A DNA stretch of 64,000 nt, from assembly GCA_965285935.1 (NCBI GenBank), contig OZ260661.1:87668001-87732000 (forward strand), written 5' to 3'. The position numbers and the translations under genes were made by a program. The notes under the pieces were generated by a model. It had not been told where the DNA came from, made no database searches, and saw nothing but the letters and a program-made list of their open reading frames with translations. Source of the DNA: Ophelia neglecta. Lineage: Eukaryota. How positions within the stretch are numbered: the stretch's first letter is position 1; each line of letters starts with the position of its first letter. Below, piece after piece: positions 54,301 through 64,000 of this stretch.

Positions 54301-57300
54301 CATTTTTTACCTGAGAATTGTATTCATTTCATTTCATATTTCAAAAAACGAACTTTTATGCGAAGTTTGCAAACATTCCATCTGTATTTCCTGTAATTTT
54401 CATGTCTATTGCTCCGCCCGTCTCGGGGCTAACTGTGCAACAATGACGTGGGGATTTTCACCCCTGACACTTATTAACTCTTTTCATATTTCATACTTTG
54501 GAAACACTGTACAAAATTTAATATGACAATGAAACATATTTTGGCAATACGGGGAAAAATAAGGAAAAATCAAAGTGCCCAAATATGGTCCTAGATGAGC
54601 ACAACTGGGCTCTTTCATGATGGTAATGTGGATATCTTGGGATTTATTTATTTATTTAGTTGTTAACCCTATGTAGCCTTATCAGTTTACAACAACTTAA
54701 GGGGACAATATACACGCGTAAAGGAATATTGCCAAATATATGTTCAGTATTAACACTGTTTAGAAGAAATGTACAATATTTACATATATACTTCATGCTG
54801 AATAAATCCGAGGACCAATATGAGAAATCGATAAATATTCATGAAATGCGAGATTAGTGACTACAAACAATTTCCACTGTATAGAAATGGTATTTCCCCA
54901 CTACAAAACGTGCCATCTAAACGGTCGTCTGCAGTGCCAGCTTTTCTCTGGAGAATATCAACAAGACTGTCTGGTCAACACGTTACAATAATTAATGCCT
55001 CGTGTGCGCCACCAATTAGCCTATAAAAGAAACGATCGCAAAATGTGGTGGTAATACTCATCAATGATCCAAAAGTATAGCTTGCAGACGACCAGAAAAT
55101 AAACAATCTTGACACTAGCCAGAAAACGAGAAGTGAAGTTAAACCATTCAAGATTTGTTGTTCAAAGTATGTAGGCCGTATAGACGGGTCAGCTGGTAAC
55201 TGAACAGTGCTGAGTGGAAGTCTAGAGGTAGGAGATGGTTACAATATTGAGATAATCGTCTGTGCAACAGATTAACTAAGGCTAAGCCTCGACAGATTAT
55301 CGTTCTAGGTGTTGACATTCAGACAGAGATTTGTGACAAAACAAATAACTAGCGGGTTTCTTAATACCCTCTAAGTGAGTTGATGGGAGCTAGAGGTTAG
55401 CAGACCGCTTACATCCAATATCTTCTCATCTCTATCGACCTATAGTGGTCGGACAAACACAAACTAAGAGAACTTCTTTGTCTGACTATAGAGTGGGCTG
55501 ATATTTAGCTACACGCATGTATTTGAATACTGAGTCTCAAGGCTGGTAAACAATTGTTCATTCTTTTTGTAATACTGAAACCAAATGATTTTAAATGGCA
55601 CTGTCGCATATTTTATTACAATGAAACATCGGAATAATTATGAACCTTGGAGAAAATTAACATGTAAGTAAAACTGAGGAAGGTTGCAAGAAAATGCATC
55701 CCATGTTTCATCCGGTGATCAGTATATCTATATAACACGACTTGACTCTCTCCAATCTTGATTTGAATATATTGGATTATCTACAATTCAATTATTTGCT
55801 GTTACTAGGCTGTTGGATGATATATGTGACAGGTAAAGGCTACAGTAGGCTAAGCCAGTCCTCTCTAAAGTTGTCTTACCTGTCGTAGCGAATTCATCGT
55901 AGATAAAACTTGCGAGCCGCCTTGCCAGATGGGTATTTGAACAGAATCCATATTATAGATATAACTTGTAAACCTGACTCGTAGTGAATGTGGACAACAC
56001 GTTATCAACGCTAGAGTTAAAAATATGCCATTTTAAAATAGATAGATACATCTGTCGAGGTGAAGACTGATTAAGAGGTTTTTAAGAGGCCGAATGATAC
56101 TTTTATCAGTGACTTGAACGAGATTAATGTTCAACCGAGTTAACGAGATGGTATTGTCGAGCAGACGGTAAGCATTGACGTTAAGCTATGGTATATTTTC
56201 CTGCCTCCGGGGGAACCGAACATGTCAAGTGGACACTTATTTACATGTCAGATATGTTCGTGAATGCTTCGTGAACAGACGACACTGAGTGTTATCATGT
56301 TTTTAGGCAGCGTATACATTGAAATCATAAGAACAGGTTACTTTCAGACCTTTCAACCTGTGCAATGTCAGCCCAACATACACAGGCAGTGTGTTGTGGT
56401 CGGGACGAGCCTCTTCCCATGTAGATATTATCACAGCACAATGCTTTCAACACCTGCACTTTTCTGATAAACGCCGTTACGATGACTTGTATAATTAAAG
56501 CAAAATATTACCATATCCTTTCCCGATGTCAAGCCCTCTTACATGCGAGCAATAATAGCCCGGTGTAATTACCCGAAAATTCACCCTGAGGCTAGTAAAC
56601 CATTGCATATAAATGCAAGCTTCTTTCTCCCCACTGAGAAAGCCTCCATTAAGAAGCGCGAACAATGTCTTTACCTTTTGTATAGCAATCAAGAACAGAC
56701 AAATGACTTTGAGCCGAGAGAAGATTTATCCTCACCAATGGCAAACACTTTTGGCTTCACCTGGAATTATACTGCAATTATTAGCAATAAAAGGGCAATG
56801 GTTTGACATCTAGTTTATACATTTTGGATAGTGACAAGTTGAAGTGTACATTGTAGGTCCAATTATCATTGTAATCCGAATCAATATGATTCACAACATC
56901 ATTGTTCTGAAGTCTGACAACAAGTTAATGTAATTTGCATCCTTCAAAACACAAAATAATTACGTCTAAAAGCCGCAAACACACTAAGATGTTTATTAAT
57001 TACATACCACTGTGATACATTAATGTAAATATAGGCCTATATATTGGAGCTGATTTATAAGTACAGTTTTCAGAATACGATTAATCTTATTGGCGATTTC
57101 ATGAAAAATATTCACATCTACCATGTTCCTAAAACCACGAGGATTAAATCTTTCTCTGTCTGATATACTATGCATGCCTACATAATGAAATTGGTATGAA
57201 CATCTGTGTGTTTGTGTGTCCGATTTTTTCGATTTCCAGCGTATTGCTCTTTCACCAGATGATGATATTAGCTTTCCAAGCGATTTTCTTATAATTTAAC

Positions 57301-60300
57301 ATGCTTGCTTCGTAAGGATTATTTTATATTTTTATCAATTTGTTTTGTATGGGCAGTTTCATTTCTGCGAAGTATTTTCATTATAATGTGTCCAGTAGTT
57401 TCGTATAAGCCTAAAGTGACCAGGCCTAGCTGTTATAACTTTTCTTCCGATGCAGTATAAGTATAGGCCTGTATGATTCATATCATTCAAAACTAGTCCC
57501 CTGAAGACGTAGAGGCCTAGACATGTATTCTATTTAGGCCTTGGAAAAATATCCATTTCAACTATGAAATCTTTTTTCTACCTTGCCATATATATGTTTT
57601 GACGATCAGTGCAATTACATGAAAAGGGAGCTACTCTGGAAATCAAATCGCTCCTAGAGACATATTGTTAATTCAAACATTTCATTAATGTTTGATTGAT
57701 TTATTAGGTGACATAGATGAAAAGATATCTTCACTGTCTCAATAGACTATGTAGCTCATCTTGTTTCAGACTGCTGAAAGCGCACACGGCTACAAGCCAC
57801 AGATAGTTAAACAATCAGCCGACATTAAGTATCCACACATGTAGACAAGGCGCGCACGTGCACGCGGGAGTGGGAAAAGGGGATGTCGGCTGTTCTGGTC
57901 ATGGCGTCCCATATGGTATGGAATCCCGGGCCTGTGTAGCCGGGCGCGAACCGAGACCCCTCCCCCTGTCCCTTCACCCCGGGGCCCACTTCAACCATCA
58001 TCTGCCGATGGTTCTCTGAATCGCCGCTCCATTAATTGAGATATTTGCGTGTTCACTTCACTGGATTCTTAAGCCCGCTTGATTCATCAATTTCCCCCAG
58101 CAATGGCCTAGGAACAAAGGCATCAATAACAAGCTATAAAGATGGTGTGTTAATCAAATATTTTATGGCTTTTATTTTAATTTCATTCCGGCTAGTGCGA
58201 GACTAATTTGGTCCCATTTTCAGCCCCTTTACGCTCGATTGGGCAGCAATTCATTATAGTTGATCTATCTGGGAGGTTAGGGTGTCGGATCTGTCAGATA
58301 TCCGGCTCAAATATTGCTCACTCCAATATCTCTTCTCAATCTCGGGGGCTATTAGCGATCGGGGGGCTATCGATGCAAATAACCGTCGGAAATGACACGT
58401 ATTGTAGCAACCATAGAGTAGAATTGTTATGGCTTTCAGGGTTGACGCCGGCTGTGATGAATTTGCGAGGCTCGTCGGGCAGCCGGATGGGACTCGCAAG
58501 CCAAATTAGCGTTCCTCCTTCATTTAATTATACAAGGCTTAGGATTTGATGTATAATATAAACAGATTAATGATGAAAATGATGAGGCCTTATAGAATTA
58601 TGCTTGCAAATGACCCGAGCGCTTTGCTGATTACAATTGCAAATATCGCGCTCCTTACCCGGCCAGCAATCTCGCCAAACGTGCTCCCAGAGGAATCACC
58701 GGCGAACGATGAATGGACGAACAGAATCAACAGATATACGAATAATAATTGTCAATTTTATCGTCGATTCTTCTATCCCAGTCTGGCAAACACCCATTAT
58801 TTCTTATCGGGCTGTCACCTTCCAACATAAATAAGGATTATTTCGTGCAGAATGCATTATGAGGAAGCATTGGGAATAGAAAAATTAGGATTGAGCAACC
58901 TTATGAATCGATCCTGCGATTAACCACGATATTTATCGCCTGCGAGTGGCCCGTGACGCTAAACCCAGAGGAGCTGTAGACAATAGCGCGGGAATGGAAT
59001 GTATAAACAACCCTAAAGACAATTTAGTGAAGATCGGGCGAGAAAAATATAATCAAAGGTAAAACGGCCGTCTTACAGCGAGCATCATTTATGGGTGATG
59101 CTTTTCTATTGACCCAAGAAAAGACCGAGCGTATTGATCGAACCATAAACAAGCATATTATCAAATAAGATGAGGAGCAGTGGCAAATTATTTCTCCCTT
59201 GAAAAGATCCGGGCAATGGGCTATGGACACGCCGCGTCGATAAAGAACCTCCACACGGCAGCACAACCACACGGCACCGACTCGGGGTAGTGGTGGTATG
59301 GAAGCACCTCGCACAATATTGTTTCATAAATAGGGTCCCCAATGAAAATTCTGTGGAGTGAGCAAAGTACTATAGCTATTATTTGAAACATTTTGAAAAA
59401 TAAAGAGTGTTTCATTCTGACATAAATAAGTAACCACATACGGGTATTCTATATCCAGGCTACTCGCTCATTTAATAACATTCAGTCTCTAATGGGTATA
59501 TTGCACAGTGACTTGAATGTCTACATTGATTTTCCTCCCTTTTAGTTGTATCCGTCTTTCTTCACAATAAAAATCAATCTTCTCAAAAATAGCTTTGTCT
59601 TAAAGGAAAAAGCGAAGCTTAGAATTGAAAATGAGTCAATCATACGTGACATTATATAACATGAAATATTCTCCCCCTCCCTTGTTTAACAATTTTGTTT
59701 ATAGGCCTACAACAGTATAAAACGACACTCGGGCTTATTAGTAGACCTGGACAGGTCTTAAATAAAAAATAGATACTTATACATTGGTACTATACCTCGG
59801 TACTATAATTATCATCATATTTGTTTTATATAAGGCGAAAGGCTAGGCAAAATGAAATGGGAAGATCATTTGTATATTTGAATGGGTCGAACTATATAGG
59901 CCTATATAGACCAAGACGCCATAAATTATGTTCTCGACATGAGATAATACACAATGATAAATCTGTATTCGATTGGCTTAAAAGGATACAATGTGATTTA
60001 TACCCGATGATTTATTTTTTTTCAATATTATATTGCGACGATTGTTTCTCAGTTGTGATATACATAAGTATATAGGCCTATTCCACAATTGTAGAATATA
60101 TATTAATTATGAAAACGTCATGTTATTCGGTATGTGAGCTTCTTACTCGTGGGCTTGCTAGTCCTATAGAGTATATTCCCATTGTTGACTCCATGGCCTC
60201 CGATCGGCCATCAGTCTTCCGTCGAAATCCAGATAAGTAAATCGTTCTGACTGCCGAGAGCTCTTGAAATAAATAAATTTGGATGAACCCAGGGTGCAGG

Positions 60301-62409
60301 TATACGATTTGAACAAGTGCAAATTTGCATCCACGGCTACATGTCCGAAAGACATCCGGTAAAGTCAACGAGATAAGACAACAATTAATGATGTCGCCTG
60401 CACAAACAGTTTCGCCTGTCATTTATTAATTAGAAATCAGACGTTGAATGACGAAAGGCGCCATTGTTTTAAAATTCAGGCTATATATAGTGTCCTTAAT
60501 TGACATTTGGCCATCTTATAATTACTTTACAATTGTCACGACGTGTAAATACTCAAACCAAGAGTAAATGTGGGCTTTATACAACAACAGATTAGATAGG
60601 CGATCCTTGATGGTATTTTGCGGCCAACAAGACGTTTGTTATAGCCTACGCGACATAGTCTGCTCAATATGCCAGAACGGCTTTTACATGTAGCAGATTA
60701 AATATCAATATTGTTCAATTCCGCGCGGCATAGCATTAACAGGACGGCTGATTTCCTTATTCATCAAATGGGCGCGAGTAAATGAGGGAAAAATTGTAGC
60801 CCGACTCTGTCGGGTCACCCCGTGACTTTGACTAATAAATAACCCCGGCCCAGCTGTCATGGGCTTTGCCGGCTTCCTCCACCCGTTACTCAGCCAATAC
60901 GCCACTAAGTGTCTATTCCTACTAAATCATTTTACATCATTTTTCCATGCAGTTTTTTTAAGTCGATACATTTTGGCTTGTGCCCTATGCTAATATGAAT
61001 TGTCGATCTTTTAAAACACATGTTGGTGTCTTTATTCCTTTCATCCTCAAAAGGCTGTTATTATACAGTACGTGGGCTCATTGCTGGCTCAATTTTTCGA
61101 TTCATGAAAAATCCATTGGCCAGCTAGGCCTATAGCGTTTTATTCATAACGGGTCTAAAGGGCTACCGAACTGATGCCATGTCTCTTTGATGCCTAAATA
61201 CAAAATTGTCTAGGCCCCTTTTTGTGGTGTCTCCTCATTTTACAACCGCTAGGTCCTCCCTGGGCTGTTAAGTGTATTGTTTTGTTACCACGCTACCCGC
61301 CGGAGCTTGCCGTTTGACTCGAGTGGGATGTAATTGGGGACAACTTTACTGATGACAGCCGTGAGGGCTGCGCCGGGCAGGCGCAGTGCTGGACGAGGAT
61401 ACAGTACTAGGCGGCCTACTCCAGCGGCAGGCCTCCCTTGTTTACCTTTTCGCCGTTTTGACAGGATATAGTAGTGGCAATTACTTCTCAGATACAATTC
61501 AGAACTAATTGTGGCTTTAATTAATGTTAGCTAGCGCTCAATCGGCACGTTTTGCCGAGGGGTGTTTGACTTAATGGATGCCATGACTGACGTTTCCTAT
61601 TCCCCTGACGATCACACTCAGAGATATCAGGAACAATATCTCATTCATCACCACAAATCAAACGGAAGAAAACCTTTTATTTTATTTCGGCGTTTTAAGG
61701 ATCAGTTCTAAAGTTATCAATAAGAGAGCGACCAATTGTCGTTTTATGCAATTATCTTTTGTCTTTGACACCGAAAACAAATTTCTGACCACCTCTAGCC
61801 GGTGAGAAATGATATGTTTTGAATGCTTTTAAATTAAATCTTAAACTATAGGCTCATCGCCCGATTTCTGTAGCATCTGACAATATAGAATGGGGGAGTA
61901 ATTCTATCAGCCTTTCTCTTCATATACCTATATATAGGTTTGTACGGTTCTTGCCATACACCACCAGCAGTTTGTGGTCATCAGCCTTATCCAGACCACC
62001 GCCGTATTCGAATTCATTTCTCGTACTTTTCACATTAGGGCTCGCCGGCCAAATTGCATCAATTGGTCGGGCTCTTTGAACGGTAATCAGCGGCCACGTC
62101 GTTACTCTGGCATACTGGGGGGCCCATGTAGCATGCTATAACTCTGACCTGAATAAAATGTTGATATAGGTGAATGCTTCAGTTTGGACAACACCAGGAC
62201 TTCATTTTAATCCTTATACTTTTCCTCTCGCTTTGAGCGAATTTAGAGTATTGCCTCTTTAGGTACATCTCTTAATTATTAGTTCTAACTCGTTTTCAGT
62301 GACCATAGGTCATTTACCTAAAATCTATTTGACAACATATGCGTCCTCGTTGAGTGGTGGTAGAGGGCGGGGGGGGGGGGGTGGTTGTCCGCATTACATC
62401 GGTCACATT

Positions 62410-62578
62410 GAGGTAAGGTAGCCGTGTACACCCCTGGGTCTGAGTTGCAGATAGCCCGTGTAGACCCCTGGGTCTGAGGTGAAGACAGCCCCTTCAGACC
62501 CCTGGGTCTGGGGTAAGGATAGTTCGTGTAGGCCCTTGGGTGCGAGGTGAGAATCACCCATGCAGACCCCTGAGGTGA
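62410..62578. repeat. Degenerate 34-bp tandem repeat (~5 copies) upstream of Nkx6 exon 3
   Basis: CCCCTGGGTCTG-like cores start at 62431, 62465, 62499, 62533 and 62567 (exact 34-nt period). Confidence 0.85.
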
Positions 62579-62636
62579 AACATATTTGGGAATGGTTTCA
62601 TTTGCAGACAGTCTAACTGTTTAATTCTTTCTTCAG

Positions 62637-62876
62637 GTGTGGTTTCAAAACAGACGCACGAAATGGCGGAAGAAGCACGCAGCAGAAATGGCGACGGCGA
62701 AAAAGAAGCAGGAGGCTCGCGCTGACGAGATGGACGAGACCTCGGACAACGATACCGACGACACCGAGAACTACAAATCTGGGGATAACAACAACTTCAA
62801 GGAATACGACTTGGGTGGTAGTCAGAGTTTCGATGATGTCATGGACGCTACACATCAGACCCACACGCCACAATAG
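62637..62876 (+). CDS. Nkx6: NK6/Nkx6 coding exon 3 (helix 3 and acidic C-terminus)
   Basis: Branch-like CTAAC at ~62613 and acceptor TTCTTTCTTCAG. Encodes [25 protein letters not shown] (Nkx6 diagnostic), then an acidic tail, to TAG at 62874-62876. Spliced CDS is 924 nt (307 aa). Confidence 0.97.
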   Translation: MWFQNRRTKWRKKHAAEMATAKKKQEARADEMDETSDNDTDDTENYKSGDNNNFKEYDLGGSQSFDDVMDATHQTHTPQ

Positions 62877-63558
62877 GACTGAGTCGGTGTGGTTTGAAAC
62901 TCGCCTTTATCGGGCACTCGAACGTTTGCTTGGTCTAAGTGACCGTAGAATTCAGTTCAGGAAGACTGTGAAAAGTATTCGTGCATACTTTTTCATCCGT
63001 TGGGCTGGTGGTTTATGTGTCAAGAGATGGAATTGTCATGCAGCTTTTACTAGATAGATCTTTGAAAGCGCACTGCGCATATTTGACTGATTGCACATGC
63101 GCTCTGAATGTGCTCGGAAGTGACATCACCGCATACCGGAAGAAGGTAGTTTTGAGCAGGGACTCGCGGGATTGAAAGGGACACACAGAGGAAACTACAG
63201 TATTAGCCTTCCGTTGTTACCCTGTAAGTCACTTTGTGGTATAAAGACTTGTTGGAGTATTAAAGGACCTTGTTCTCTCTATAATGGTATATAGTGATAT
63301 CGTGCTATTTATTTCCTAATCACAGACGCATGCATGCGTTATAAAATGGGGATAGGCCTATTGAATATACGCCTATGTAGAGGCACTATTAGTAATTCTT
63401 GTAATTTTCAGTATGAGTGATTGATTGGTGCTTATCTATAAACATAAAGGCACGTTTTCTTTGTCGGCTTAGATCGGATGATGTCAACCAATCAAATATA
63501 CCAGAATTATTTATAAATTTCATCGCGGAAATACCTTTGTCTCATCTGTAATAATCGC

Positions 63559-63564
63559 AATAAA
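63559..63564 (+). terminator. Candidate Nkx6 polyadenylation signal
   Basis: First AATAAA I could find after the stop codon (~680 nt downstream). The context is AT-rich, so it may be chance. Confidence 0.3.
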
Positions 63565-64000
63565 AAATATCTTCATGGGAAATTTATATTAAGTATTATG
63601 CTATCTGTGGGCCCTTTACACGGTTTATTAATAGGTGGACATAGGCCTAACTCCTAGGCCTATGCCTAGAGTTGGTAGCCAGGTGGTCATAAACTATCAA
63701 GGAATTAAATTAAGCATACTATCCACCGAACTTAAAATTGTGGAGTGAAAATTTCATTCAGGCGATCTGGACATAAAAGCTGATTGCTTCTGGACCAAGT
63801 TATATTGAACTTCCTTCTTTACAAAAGCTAAAATTTTGATTTTTGACAGAACGTGATTGATCTAAAGCAGGCATGTCTATCTATGGTTCAGTCTGCATCC
63901 TCAGACGTGGACTTAATCGAAAGAAGTGTCTATGCCGTCTGAAATGAGTTTGTTCGGGCCACAATGCTTGTGTCAAAACGTATTGTCTTGTACCATAACA

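Overview
Animal (invertebrate bilaterian, probably spiralian/lophotrochozoan; inference) genomic DNA containing two divergently transcribed NK-class homeobox genes. NK7 lies on the minus strand: exon 1 CDS 7969-7633, exon 2 4863-4619, and the last exon was not found and probably lies left of the window. A complete three-exon NK6/Nkx6 lies on the plus strand (45363-45870, 51129-51304, 62637-62876; 307 aa). The ~37 kb between the start codons has no recognisable protein-coding gene. It holds CpG/TAAT-rich candidate enhancer blocks, a ~2.1 kb 31-bp tandem array with higher-order structure, a 16-bp purine-rich minisatellite, and a ~3.9 kb near-identical duplication across a 100-N gap that is probably a haplotype/assembly artefact. 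The palindrome TAGGCCTA is strongly enriched and patchily distributed, and two CTCF-like motifs point toward each other between the genes. I found no well-supported novel protein-coding system; the best leads are regulatory and structural.
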